Positions 1-9,535 of a DNA stretch of 64,000 nucleotides are shown here, one piece after another. Under the pieces are notes generated by a model. The model was not told the origin of the DNA and made no database searches. It was given only the letters and a program-made list of their open reading frames with translations. The stretch lies in assembly GCA_021786315.1 (NCBI GenBank), contig JAJYNN010000002.1:545494-609493 (forward strand). Direction: 5' to 3'. Positions within the stretch are counted from its first letter, which is position 1; each line of letters begins with the position of its first letter. This DNA comes from a bacterium (lineage in GTDB: Bacteria; Patescibacteriota; Microgenomatia; Daviesbacterales; UBA10151). The position numbers were made by a program, and so were the translations under genes.

Positions 1-1
1 T

Positions 2-376
2 GAGCTTCCAATCCTTGGGTTTATCGCTGCCGGCCAGCCAATTATGACTTATACTGATCCGGACGCGACCGTTAATGTTCCGGCTCACATGATCACCGGC
101 AAAAAAAGGTCCTACGTTCTTCAGGTGAAAGGCGACTCGATGATCGAGGAGGGAATCTTAGACGGCGATTTCGTCATTATTGAAGAACAAACCACCGCCA
201 ACAATGGTGAAATAGTGGTCGCACTGTTGGATAATGGATTAGCGACCTTAAAAAGATTTTACCGGGAATCAACCCGGATCCGTCTCGAACCCGCTAATTC
301 CGCTATGCAGCCCATCTATGCAACTGATGTAAAGATTCAAGGTAAGTGCGTCGGGGTAATTAGAAGATTCAGCTAA
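2..376 (+). CDS. lexA: LexA repressor, C-terminal S24 peptidase part (5' truncated by window)
   Basis: Frame from nt 2 reads ELPILGFIAAGQP (Ala-Gly cleavage site), then VKGDSM (Ser) and ATLKRF (Lys), LEPAN. Confidence 0.93.
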   Translation, partial: ELPILGFIAAGQPIMTYTDPDATVNVPAHMITGKKRSYVLQVKGDSMIEEGILDGDFVIIEEQTTANNGEIVVALLDNGLATLKRFYRESTRIRLEPANSAMQPIYATDVKIQGKCVGVIRRFS

Positions 377-430
377 AAGAAGCACTCTTACACGTTTATT
401 TCCGGTTTCTCACCTTTTCCTTAAAAATAT

Positions 431-637
431 TTGGTAAATTTACCACTATCAAGATTGGTTGAGACTGAGCAGAGTCTTATGTCAATTCATACACCCAGCT
501 TTTTGCTACAGACGGATACCAGTAAACAAGAGCTTATCAAAGCCGCACAAATTTCTTATGCCAAACTTCTGAAGAAAAAATGCTCGGTTGAGAAAGCCAG
601 ACAAAAAGTTCTGGAAGAAACTGGAGTGGTTTTCTAA
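431..637 (+). CDS. small hypothetical protein (probable start 479)
   Basis: ORF fills the gap between lexA and dedA; no recognisable motif. Confidence 0.4.
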   Translation: MVNLPLSRLVETEQSLMSIHTPSFLLQTDTSKQELIKAAQISYAKLLKKKCSVEKARQKVLEETGVVF

Positions 638-1251
638 CTCTTACAGGGCTTGAGTTTTCGATAGATATAAAATCCTATTACCCCGATCACTACTGCAATA
701 ATTAAAGCATCAAACTTATGGAAGTAGGGGCCAATAGACTTCCAATTTTCTCCCAATTTAAACCCTACCCAAGCTAAAAAGTAAGACCAGACAAAGGATC
801 CGGCAAATGTTAAGACAATGAATCTGCCCAAAGGTAACCTGGCAATGCCGCACGGCAAGGAAATAACAGTCCTTACTCCGGGTAAAACCCGGCTTCCTAA
901 AACTACCGTATCTTTATATTTATGCAGTAAATTCTCCGCTTTATCCAATTCCTCTTCTGTCAAAAGTATCCATTTACCAAACCGTCTGACAAATCTCCTA
1001 ACAACTTTTTCGTGTCCCCAATAACCCAAGCCATAAGCAGCCAATGATCCGATAACATTTCCCAAGGCTCCGGCAATAGCCACTCCCAAAAGAGTAAATT
1101 TGCCTGCAAAAACCAAGTATCCGGAGAAGGGCATAATAATCTCTGAAGGAAGAGGAATCAAGGCTGACTCAATTGCCATAGTTATTGCCACACCCGGATA
1201 TCCTAACGTAGAGATGACATGGATGACCCAACCTGCTACACTTTCTAGCAT
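634..1251 (-). CDS. dedA: DedA family membrane protein
   Basis: MAIESALIPLPSEIIMPFSG, SRVLPGVRTVISLPCG motifs; start trimmed to MLESV. Confidence 0.9.
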   Translation of the reverse strand: MLESVAGWVIHVISTLGYPGVAITMAIESALIPLPSEIIMPFSGYLVFAGKFTLLGVAIAGALGNVIGSLAAYGLGYWGHEKVVRRFVRRFGKWILLTEEELDKAENLLHKYKDTVVLGSRVLPGVRTVISLPCGIARLPLGRFIVLTFAGSFVWSYFLAWVGFKLGENWKSIGPYFHKFDALIIAVVIGVIGFYIYRKLKPCKS

Positions 1252-1924
1252 GCTATATATTGTACCAACACCTATAGGGAATTTAAAAGACATAACTTTA
1301 AGGGTCATCGAGGTTTTGCAGGCTGTTGATGGGGTAATCTGTGAAGACAGCCGGAGAACAGGACAACTTTTAAATCATCTGGGGATCAGGAAACCATTTC
1401 TGGTTTTAAATGATTTTAATGAATCCAGAATGGTTTCAGATATCTTGCAAAAGCTACAGGCCGGACAAAATTTGGCCTTGGTTTCCGATGCAGGAACACC
1501 TTTAGTATCTGATCCGGGATATAAGTTAGTAAGATCATGTATTGAACAAAATATTTCCGTAGACTCTTTGCCAGGTCCGTCTGCCGCAATCACCGCCCTC
1601 ACTTTATCTGGTTTACCCCCAGATAAATTTTTCTTTTTAGGATATCTCCCTGAAAAACAAGGAAAGAGACTTGAGCTCCTTAAGTCCCTTAATACTTTAC
1701 ACTCTATACTTAATACTACTTTTATAGCCTACGTCGCTCCGCACAAATTAGTCCGGACACTTGAGGATATGCAAAGTACATTGGGGAATATAGATGTGGT
1801 CTTGGCCCATGAACTTACCAAGGTTCATCAATCTACCGAAAAGAGAACTGTTGAAGACTGGTTGAATCAATTCAAAAAACAACCTCCCAGAGGAGAATAC
1901 GTACTCCTTTTTAACTTAGGTTAA
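1250..1924 (+). CDS. rsmI: 16S rRNA (C1402-2'-O)-methyltransferase
   Basis: MLYIVPTPIGNLKDITLR, CEDSR, VSDAGTPLVSDPG, ELTK motifs. Confidence 0.95.
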   Translation: MLYIVPTPIGNLKDITLRVIEVLQAVDGVICEDSRRTGQLLNHLGIRKPFLVLNDFNESRMVSDILQKLQAGQNLALVSDAGTPLVSDPGYKLVRSCIEQNISVDSLPGPSAAITALTLSGLPPDKFFFLGYLPEKQGKRLELLKSLNTLHSILNTTFIAYVAPHKLVRTLEDMQSTLGNIDVVLAHELTKVHQSTEKRTVEDWLNQFKKQPPRGEYVLLFNLG

Positions 1925-1931
1925 ATCCACG

Positions 1932-1970
1932 AAAAAGCGCCCTTTAGATCTTTCGATCCTCAAGGCGCTT
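1932..1970. terminator. probable intrinsic terminator between convergent genes
   Basis: aagcgcc...ggcgctt stem next to an A-run (U-tract on the minus strand). Confidence 0.5.
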
Positions 1971-1991
1971 ACTTCACCATTCATTTTTGTG

Positions 1992-2234
1992 TTAACCCCA
2001 ACCCAACCAATGGAAACGGAAAGCTATCCCAACAAAAGCCATAACAGCCCCCGCACCTACGCCTATTAGCAGCCAATTAGCCACTTTTTCCAAAAAATCA
2101 TCATGTTCCTGTCCCGGTAACCACATACCACCAATATAAGTCTTCGGTTTCCCTAATTCGAACATAACAACCAACTCCAGAAACGAGAATACCAGGAAAA
2201 GAACTCCTCCGACGGCAATTAGGGCAATGTCCAC
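1992..2234 (-). CDS. small two-TM membrane protein (paralog 1)
   Basis: Two hydrophobic helices; strong AGGAGG RBS before GTG. Confidence 0.7.
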   Translation of the reverse strand: MDIALIAVGGVLFLVFSFLELVVMFELGKPKTYIGGMWLPGQEHDDFLEKVANWLLIGVGAGAVMAFVGIAFRFHWLGWG

Positions 2235-2248
2235 CTTTTACCTCCTGT

Positions 2249-2449
2249 TTAATGAAGATGCCAAACAATGCCTGCGGCAACTATTATTAATCCAACACAA
2301 ACACCTCGTCTCGTCACTCTCTCTAGACTTTTCCCAAATCCTGGATTACGCAAGACATCATACATGGGCCTACCCAAGTCGATTAATGCTGGGATAAACA
2401 GAAATCCAAGGATCACTACTACCCCGACAATAATCATAACAATGTCCAC
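2249..2449 (-). CDS. small two-TM membrane protein (paralog 2)
   Basis: Similar to 1992..2234 (MDI.., LG(K/R)P); near-identical RBS/start region. Confidence 0.7.
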   Translation of the reverse strand: MDIVMIIVGVVVILGFLFIPALIDLGRPMYDVLRNPGFGKSLERVTRRGVCVGLIIVAAGIVWHLH

Positions 2450-2665
2450 CTTTAACCTCCTGTTTTTTTGTTTTTCCCATTATCTATCTAAAGGCATTAC
2501 TTTGCCATTAATTTCAATCTTAGGTCAAACACAAATTTTGAAGGTGCAAAAGAAAAAATAGCAGGAGAAAGAAATAAGACAAAGCTTAACTTGTCTCTTT
2601 CCCTCTCTTACATGAAGTGTATTCTACTAAATTTCAAGGGGGTAATCAAATATTATGGGCCTTTT

Positions 2666-4126
2666 TTAAATTAATCTTCTGGACACCATTCTTCTTTCCA
2701 CCCAAGCCAAGTGTTCAGGAACTGATTCAGCTTGCAATGGTGTATTAACCGTTACTCCCCAAATGCCTGATTCAACCAAGAAGTCCAAAATTTCATGATG
2801 TAAAGCCAATTCCCCTTTTATTAAGACAGGAATCTTGGATTGATGCAAAATTTTAAAGGCAGGTTTTAAGAATTTTACCAAAGCCTGGACATGGTCCTTA
2901 TAAAATTGCCCTTCTGAAACCTCATATCCCCCAAGATTTTTTTGCAGTTCATCCAGATTCAAAATTATTCCGTCAATTCCTACCGTTAAATAATCCTCCA
3001 GATTTATAAAGTTCTCCGGTACCCCACACTCTAACCAAAAACGCAAAACCCCTTTTCGGCTGATTCCTCTAACTGCCAACTCTCTTTTAAGTTGTAAAAG
3101 TTCCCCGGATGTCCTCGTTAAAGGAATTCCCAGTTCTAAGTTATATAAGCTTTTCTTATTACGAATAAACAAAAAGGTCTTGGCAGTTTCATCCAAAATA
3201 CTTGTCTGATTTATAAGCCTTAACGTTCCCCGGATTTTGGAAGCATCAACAATATCCGGAAGTTTATAAATTACCGGTTTTCCGGGAAAACTCAAAGCTG
3301 ATTCCCCTATTTGAAAAACTAGATTATCAAATCCTTTGATCTTTTCTCCCTCAATTAAAATCCCGTCAATATTATGGGCAACTGCAAAACCCGAAGAAAG
3401 GTTTAAAAAAAGCTTAACCGCTTTTTTACAAAGCTCAACTTCAACCTTTTTTGTAATAACTATGTCCTCTGTCTTTGATACCGGTAGCGTTTGGGTAAAA
3501 GGAGATACGGAAACAATAAATGGTTTTCCCTCGATAATTAAAAATCTATATACTTGAGGAATAAACAGTTTCTTATTGGCATCCAAAACAACCTGGTCAA
3601 TTTTCTTCAACATTGGGGGCGGAAGTTTGGCTGGTGATTTGATTATTACCTCTTTTAAATCCGGGTCAAAATAAGCCGAGACTTCAGAAAACGAATCATG
3701 GACATTAAAAATTACCTGGGATGAAAGGTTAGAAGCTACTCCGTTTCCCAATCCATTATTCCAAATCTTTAGCTTAATTTCTTCAATCCAAATATTAAGC
3801 AATGCTTTCCAAAAATCATTCTTCTTTTTGAAAATTAAACCTTGAATAAAAAATGCTTTAAAATTTTTAGTTTCCTTCTCTAGTTCTTCAGGAATAGAAA
3901 TTTTAGCCAGGTCACTTTTAATTAATTCCAACCTGCTTTCAAACACTTCGCTTTTTATACCCTGGATGTGTTTCAAAATTACATTCAAAACAATTTCCGG
4001 AGGGGAAACAGCAACCCCTAAGACTACAGGAATTCCCGACCTTTGAAGCTTGGCTAAATTAAAGATATCAGCTCCCAAGATTGGTTGGTCTACTTCAGTA
4101 ATATGTTTTATCGGCAGAACAGTCAT
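2666..4126 (-). CDS. degenerate PEP synthase/PEP-utilising enzyme-like protein
   Basis: N-term NLAKLQRSGIPV resembles PpsA N-terminus; C-term GIPLTRT, VPENF..GIDG, LVESGI resemble the PEP-utiliser TIM barrel. Confidence 0.65.
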   Translation of the reverse strand: MTVLPIKHITEVDQPILGADIFNLAKLQRSGIPVVLGVAVSPPEIVLNVILKHIQGIKSEVFESRLELIKSDLAKISIPEELEKETKNFKAFFIQGLIFKKKNDFWKALLNIWIEEIKLKIWNNGLGNGVASNLSSQVIFNVHDSFSEVSAYFDPDLKEVIIKSPAKLPPPMLKKIDQVVLDANKKLFIPQVYRFLIIEGKPFIVSVSPFTQTLPVSKTEDIVITKKVEVELCKKAVKLFLNLSSGFAVAHNIDGILIEGEKIKGFDNLVFQIGESALSFPGKPVIYKLPDIVDASKIRGTLRLINQTSILDETAKTFLFIRNKKSLYNLELGIPLTRTSGELLQLKRELAVRGISRKGVLRFWLECGVPENFINLEDYLTVGIDGIILNLDELQKNLGGYEVSEGQFYKDHVQALVKFLKPAFKILHQSKIPVLIKGELALHHEILDFLVESGIWGVTVNTPLQAESVPEHLAWVERRMVSRRLI

Positions 4127-4128
4127 AA

Positions 4129-4638
4129 CTAATTCCCGGCGGCTTGTTCAACTAAAAATACCTGGTCGCCGACACGGATCCCATTAGTGTCAATAAACCC
4201 GGTGTTGACCTCTAACATCATATCAACTGGGACAACCGGCGCATAGATAGGAAGGGTTGAATCCTTTTGGCCATCCAAAGGCGGTTGGACATTCCTTAAA
4301 AGATCAACAACTTTTCCCTGCCTGATAAAGATAAAGTCCAAAGGAAACTTCATTCCCCTCATCCAAAATTGGTATTTGCTCTCTTTAGGAAAAACAAACA
4401 GCATCCCGGAATCCGCTGGCAAGCTATCCCTTCCCCCCAACCCTTTACTTCTGAGTTCTGGGGTATCAGCTATCTCTATATTTAAGTATATATTGCCTAT
4501 TTTAATTTGATGGGCAGTAGACCGTGCTTGTTGGAATATGGGAGTAACCCCGCCCAATACTTGGGGATTGTATAAAACAAAAATCGAGCCAAGAATAACT
4601 AATCCCAAAAAAACAATTTGAATCCAAAATTTTTTCAA
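4129..4638 (-). CDS. DUF192 family protein with N-terminal membrane anchor
   Basis: EIADT..R.KGL, GMLFVF, FWMRGMKFPLDFIFI, MLEVNTG. Confidence 0.9.
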   Translation of the reverse strand: MKKFWIQIVFLGLVILGSIFVLYNPQVLGGVTPIFQQARSTAHQIKIGNIYLNIEIADTPELRSKGLGGRDSLPADSGMLFVFPKESKYQFWMRGMKFPLDFIFIRQGKVVDLLRNVQPPLDGQKDSTLPIYAPVVPVDMMLEVNTGFIDTNGIRVGDQVFLVEQAAGN

Positions 4639-4656
4639 GGCAATAACATCATACCA

Positions 4657-5220
4657 TCATTGACACTTTCCCCAAAGGCCGCGGTTATTTTCCCTTGCTT
4701 CCCTCTCTGCTTCCAAAAACTGAGACTGAAACTTTACGTCAGGAGGATAAGTGGAAGCTTTGGCAAATCCCTGGCGCGCTAAATAATCATTAATGAATAA
4801 CCAGTTTCCGTTCTCCTGATTAATATATACATACCGTAACAACCTGCCAAATTTGTCGGCGTCCGATACATCTTTGACTAAAATCGCTTCTTTCCCTAAA
4901 ACCAGCTTTTTATTCTCATCGGATGCTTCTTTCCCAAAACACCCGACAGGCCTCCTCGGGTCAACTGTTTCCGGAGTATCAATACCAATATACCTAACCT
5001 TTACCCCTTCCTTGATTTCTATAGTATCTCCGTCAATCACCCGGGTAATTACCACCTTTTGCCCCTCAGGCCCCAAAGTTCCTGAGTTAGTTGATTCCGG
5101 AATAGAAGATGTGGTAACAGTTGGGGTGGATGACAATGAGCTTGTTTTCAACCCACCAACCACCAAAGAAGTGCCAATTACAAACAATGAGATTGCAATT
5201 ACAAGGAGCCGTTTATTCAT
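4657..5220 (-). CDS. thermonuclease (SNase-like), membrane anchored
   Basis: RVIDGDT, VRYIGIDTPE, DKFGRLLRYV, EAR..RGLW. Confidence 0.93.
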   Translation of the reverse strand: MNKRLLVIAISLFVIGTSLVVGGLKTSSLSSTPTVTTSSIPESTNSGTLGPEGQKVVITRVIDGDTIEIKEGVKVRYIGIDTPETVDPRRPVGCFGKEASDENKKLVLGKEAILVKDVSDADKFGRLLRYVYINQENGNWLFINDYLARQGFAKASTYPPDVKFQSQFLEAEREARENNRGLWGKCQ

Positions 5221-6173
5221 TAATTTTTAAACACTTGGGTAAACATAATCCCATATTCATCCCCATTGGCTATTCCAATCCCAATTCTATGATAATCTTC
5301 CGAAAGAATATTGGCCCTGTGTCCGGGACTGTTCATTAACCCCTGCTGGGCTAACTCAAGCGAAGGGGCATAAGCCAAGTTCTCTCCTATCACCCGATAA
5401 TCAATTCCTGCAGCCAAAGCCCTATCAGCCACGTCTTTGCCCTGTAAATCATAATGGGCAAAATATCCATTCCTAAACATATCCGCGCTGTGGTCCCGGG
5501 CAATCTGGCGAAGCGTCGGGTCATAAACCAGCGGCGGAATTCCCCGGCTCACCCTTTCTTTATTCACCATATCAATCATCTGCATTTCCATTTCCTCATC
5601 AAATACAAACTTGTCATTCTTAAACCCTAAACCAACACTCTCATTAGTCTTTGGTTCAATAGTTAAAAATGTTAGAGTGTCGTTAGCAAATCCCCCAAAT
5701 GCAGCTTTCAATGGTGATTCAATCCGGTAGGAATAGGATAAAATCCATGTTGCAATTTTAGAGTTATTTACATCCTTTTTGAGTGTTGGCTGTATGGGAA
5801 AAACCGCAACCAGGATTAAAATGATTGCTACGAATATTGTTCCTTTTAAAAAAGCCGGAATAGTACTTAGAAACTTCTCACCCGGTAATTGGGGAATTTT
5901 TGGCGCTAACTTGTATAAAGTCCTTGCCAAAAAAAACATTACCGCTTCCACCAGATACCACATAATAATAAACCCCAGGACATTGGCAAACGAATGAGGG
6001 AGGGTAAAAAAATTTTCAAGTACCTTTGCAGCTAAACCATAAAACTGTAACGAAACTAAAAATGATAAAACGAACCCCAAAAGATCAAAGGTCTCAAAAA
6101 ATAAAGGTTTTCCAAAACCCTGGACAGCAAAAAGAGCAACAATGGCGATAATACTGAAGTCAACCCAATTCAC
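5220..6173 (-). CDS. CvpA-like membrane domain fused to CAP/SCP domain
   Basis: MNWVD..TM segments; VNKER, ARDHSADM, GENLA, MNSPGHRANIL. Confidence 0.88.
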   Translation of the reverse strand: MNWVDFSIIAIVALFAVQGFGKPLFFETFDLLGFVLSFLVSLQFYGLAAKVLENFFTLPHSFANVLGFIIMWYLVEAVMFFLARTLYKLAPKIPQLPGEKFLSTIPAFLKGTIFVAIILILVAVFPIQPTLKKDVNNSKIATWILSYSYRIESPLKAAFGGFANDTLTFLTIEPKTNESVGLGFKNDKFVFDEEMEMQMIDMVNKERVSRGIPPLVYDPTLRQIARDHSADMFRNGYFAHYDLQGKDVADRALAAGIDYRVIGENLAYAPSLELAQQGLMNSPGHRANILSEDYHRIGIGIANGDEYGIMFTQVFKN

Positions 6174-6296
6174 TATTTCCTACATATTTTACTACAATTT
6201 GGACCCCCGAAAATAGAATTAACCATATTATTACGCGATCATTGTTATTTTCTAATCCTCCCGCAGTAGCATGATCCTACTTGAAAGGAGGAGCCA

Positions 6297-6467
6297 ATGA
6301 AAAAAACTCCCAGCCAAAAAAAAGAAAGGAAGGAAGAGGGAAATGACGAAATCGTAGTCCCTACCGATCAAAAAATTCACGAACCCGATCTCCCCTTATT
6401 ACAATACGATGATTTTGGTATGGAGGATCCCCGGGTAAAAATGCTCTTTCCTAAAAGATACCCTTAA
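6297..6467 (+). CDS. small 56-aa protein absent from the ORF track
   Basis: AAGGAGGAG RBS then ATG; MKKTPSQKKERKEEGNDEIVVPTDQKIHEPDLPLLQYDDFGMEDPRVKMLFPKRYP; fills the intergenic gap. Confidence 0.6.
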   Translation: MKKTPSQKKERKEEGNDEIVVPTDQKIHEPDLPLLQYDDFGMEDPRVKMLFPKRYP

Positions 6468-6472
6468 AACTC

Positions 6473-7240
6473 TCAAATCTGAATTTTTGAAAAAAGGTAA
6501 GTGCCAACCCCCAGAAGAATTAATGTAATAGCACTTAACACAAAAAAATCCAGCGTCAATCCAAATTGAGCTGCTCCTGTCAGGGTTCCCCGAAGCCCGT
6601 CGACTCCATAAGAAAGCGGGTCAATTCTGGCAACAATATTTAAGGCTTGGGGTAAGCCTGTTAAAGGAAAAAGCGCCCCTGATAAGAAGAAAAATGGCAT
6701 GACCATAAAATTCATTATCAGCTGGAACCCCTGCATATCTTCCAAAATAGAAGCAATCGCGGTTCCCAAAGCTGTAAAAAGTAAAGCAATTAAAAACATG
6801 AAGATAATTGCCAAAGGAAACTCTCCTAAACTATGTATTCTAAAACCTACCAATGATGCCAAAATTACCACGATAATCCCCTGAATCATAGCTACCGTTG
6901 CCCCTCCCAAAGTTCTGCCTAACATTATTTCCCATCTGGAAATCGGCGCCACTAAAGTTTCCTTCAGGAAACCAAATTGCTTATCCCAAATAATCTCTAT
7001 TCCTGAAAAAATTGCCGTAAATAAAATGCTCATGGCAATAATTCCGGGAGCTAAAAATTCTAAGTAGTTCCCCTGGCCTGCCTTCTGGAAAATGGGTCCA
7101 AAACCAAATCCTAATGCCAAGAGAAATAGCAAAGGTTGCCCTAAAGCCCCCACGATTCTGGATCTCGCCCGGAAATATCGTTTTAACTGGCGAAGCCACA
7201 AAATATAAACTGCCCCCAAATTCATCTTCTCCCTCCCCAA
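6473..7240 (-). CDS. ABC-2 type exporter permease
   Basis: YLEFLAPGI, WDKQFGFLKETLVAP, FFLSGALFP, PLSYGVD. Confidence 0.92.
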   Translation of the reverse strand: MGREKMNLGAVYILWLRQLKRYFRARSRIVGALGQPLLFLLALGFGFGPIFQKAGQGNYLEFLAPGIIAMSILFTAIFSGIEIIWDKQFGFLKETLVAPISRWEIMLGRTLGGATVAMIQGIIVVILASLVGFRIHSLGEFPLAIIFMFLIALLFTALGTAIASILEDMQGFQLIMNFMVMPFFFLSGALFPLTGLPQALNIVARIDPLSYGVDGLRGTLTGAAQFGLTLDFFVLSAITLILLGVGTYLFSKIQI

Positions 7241-8025
7241 ACTCTGCTTGCCATCCTCATCTGTTCTTTAGCACCCGCCTCTTCTTCCCGGATTGCCTTC
7301 CCGGTTAATTTCAGGAAAGCCTGCTCTAAACTGGAAGATTTAGTTCTGGACTTCAATTCCTTTGGAGAACCTAAGGAAATAATTTTACCGTGATCAATAA
7401 CGGCCACCCGCCCGGCAACATCTTCTGCCTCATTCATATAATGGGTAGTAAAAAAGATGGTAATCTCTTCTTTTTTATTAAGGTTTTTAATATATTCCCA
7501 AATATGGTTTCTTGTTTGGGGATCCAGTCCCAGGGTTGGCTCATCAAGGAAAAAGATTTTAGGGTGATGAAGCAGCCCGCGGGCAATTTCCAGTCTTCTT
7601 TTCATCCCTCCGGAAAAAGTTTTTACTAAATTATTTCTTCTATCCCAAAGTTCAACAAACCTCAAAAGTTCCTCTGTTCTTTGTTTTCTGATATCTCCCG
7701 GTACCTTATATAAAACTCCGTGAAATTCCATATTTTCATAAGCCGTGAGTTCGTCATCCAAACTCGGATCCTGGAAAACAATGCCAAAAGTTTTGCGGGC
7801 CCCTTCAGAATCTTTTACCGGGTCAATTCCATTCAGCTCAATTTTTCCTTCTGTCGGATGAAGCAGTGTAGTCAGCATCTTAATGGTGGTTGTTTTGCCT
7901 GCTCCGTTAGGACCCAGGAAAGCAAAAATCTCCCCTTTGGGAACTTCAAAAGAGATACCATCCACTGCCGTTAAATCTCCGTATTTTTTAATTAGATTCT
8001 TTGCTACAACCGTATTTTTTGCCAC
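7222..8025 (-). CDS. ABC transporter ATP-binding protein (DrrA-like)
   Basis: GPNGAGKTT, FSGGMKRR, LDEPT, TTH. Confidence 0.95.
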   Translation of the reverse strand: MAKNTVVAKNLIKKYGDLTAVDGISFEVPKGEIFAFLGPNGAGKTTTIKMLTTLLHPTEGKIELNGIDPVKDSEGARKTFGIVFQDPSLDDELTAYENMEFHGVLYKVPGDIRKQRTEELLRFVELWDRRNNLVKTFSGGMKRRLEIARGLLHHPKIFFLDEPTLGLDPQTRNHIWEYIKNLNKKEEITIFFTTHYMNEAEDVAGRVAVIDHGKIISLGSPKELKSRTKSSSLEQAFLKLTGKAIREEEAGAKEQMRMASRVWGGRR

Positions 8026-8250
8026 AGCTTTTAGTATAGCTCAAAAGTGTAAGAATTTGATAGGCAAAATGGAAACTTTGTAAAAGCTATGGGTTTTATG
8101 GTATAATTACCATGTACTCTGTTAGTGTGTAAAGAAACTGCGTGTTAGGTTGGCAGGATCTGAAGCTTAAGAGACTGTCAAACATTCTTCTTTGTGTTTA
8201 AACCCCAGAGAAAGTGAGTTGAAAAGAAAAAAGGTGGTGAATATTTTAAT

Positions 8251-8598
8251 ATGACAAAGTTATTTGTAGGCGGATTGCCTTATGCTGTCAACAGCGATGA
8301 ACTTAAGAATACTTTCAGCCAGTTCGGTTCAGTTTTATCTGCTACCGTTATTACTGATAAGTTTTCCGGCCAAAGCAAAGGTTTTGGATTCGTCGAAATG
8401 GAAAACGATGAAGAAGCCCAAACAGCTATCAAGGAACTTGATGGTTCAGATATGGGTGGTCGTAAGGTTGCTGTTTCAGTAGCTCGTCCCAAGGAAGAAA
8501 GACCTCAAGGAGGATTCAGACGCGACAACAATCGTGGTGGATTCGGTGGAGGTTTTAATCGCGGTGGACGCGATGATCGAAGAGGCGGAAGATATTAA
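8251..8598 (+). CDS. RRM RNA-binding protein with Gly/Arg-rich tail
   Basis: LFVGGL (RNP2), KGFGFVEM (RNP1). Confidence 0.95.
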   Translation: MTKLFVGGLPYAVNSDELKNTFSQFGSVLSATVITDKFSGQSKGFGFVEMENDEEAQTAIKELDGSDMGGRKVAVSVARPKEERPQGGFRRDNNRGGFGGGFNRGGRDDRRGGRY

Positions 8599-8686
8599 GA
8601 CAATCGTCATTGATTGTTAAATTGTCGAGACGATTATCATGTAATTATCTTCGATAATTATAATCTTTCAGATCTGAAGATCTAAG

Positions 8687-8715
8687 AAAAAGGAGCTCGC
8701 AAGAGCTCCTTTTTT
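8687..8715 (+). terminator. intrinsic terminator
   Basis: aaaaaggagctc-gcaa-gagctccttttt. Confidence 0.9.
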
Positions 8716-8756
8716 GTCCCCCTTGCCAAAATATAAAATTTTTATAGAATATCCAC

Positions 8757-9530
8757 ATGCACGAGTTATTAATCTCCAAAGACCAACCGGACAATCAACT
8801 AACTCAAACCTCCCGGCAAAAAAATCTTCTCAGAAAAGTAAACTTTGATATCGATGGGGTACTCGCAAAAGCCCCTGTGCCCGGAAAAACTGTTTTTGCT
8901 TTGGTTATCAGGCGGTTCCATCCCAAACTGGGAAAAACATACAAGCCATACCATCCCGGAAAAAGCGAAATTATTTCCCGGGTTTTTGAGCCTGTTACTT
9001 CCCGTTTTATCACTCCATATGAATCTCGTCGATTACGCCCGGATGTGGTTCCTGGTTTAAGAGGATTTCAGGCAATCGGCAAGCGTCAGGGAGTTGATCT
9101 GACAATGGGAATCCTTTCCGGACGGGAACTACCTGCACATTCAACAACCAGACTATGGATTATCACCAACCCTCGGCTATCCCATTTTTTTCAACCTGAA
9201 AACGTTTCTTTAAATACCGGCAACAGTTCGTCGTTATCGAAAGAGCTGGGGACAATAGCAGATGCCGAAAGGTTTTACTCTGTCCTCCAGGTAGACGATG
9301 ACCCCAAGGCGGCTGTCCAAACTGCTTTAATTAATGGAATGACATTAGTTGATGCCAATGGGGAACAAAAAGTTGCAAAGACTGCATCTATTTTAATTAA
9401 CAACCTTTCCACTAAACCCGGGCTACTGCGTTGGGCAGGTGTGGAGTTACCGGAAAATGTCATCCCCGTAGACTCACTCTTTTTGGCAGCTCTAGCTTAT
9501 GAAAGAATGATCGCCGACGGAATAATGTAG
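8757..9530 (+). CDS. HAD-superfamily-like hypothetical protein
   Basis: NFDIDGVLA motif I, LSGR, VDDD motif. Confidence 0.55.
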   Translation: MHELLISKDQPDNQLTQTSRQKNLLRKVNFDIDGVLAKAPVPGKTVFALVIRRFHPKLGKTYKPYHPGKSEIISRVFEPVTSRFITPYESRRLRPDVVPGLRGFQAIGKRQGVDLTMGILSGRELPAHSTTRLWIITNPRLSHFFQPENVSLNTGNSSSLSKELGTIADAERFYSVLQVDDDPKAAVQTALINGMTLVDANGEQKVAKTASILINNLSTKPGLLRWAGVELPENVIPVDSLFLAALAYERMIADGIM

Positions 9531-9535
9531 CTTGG

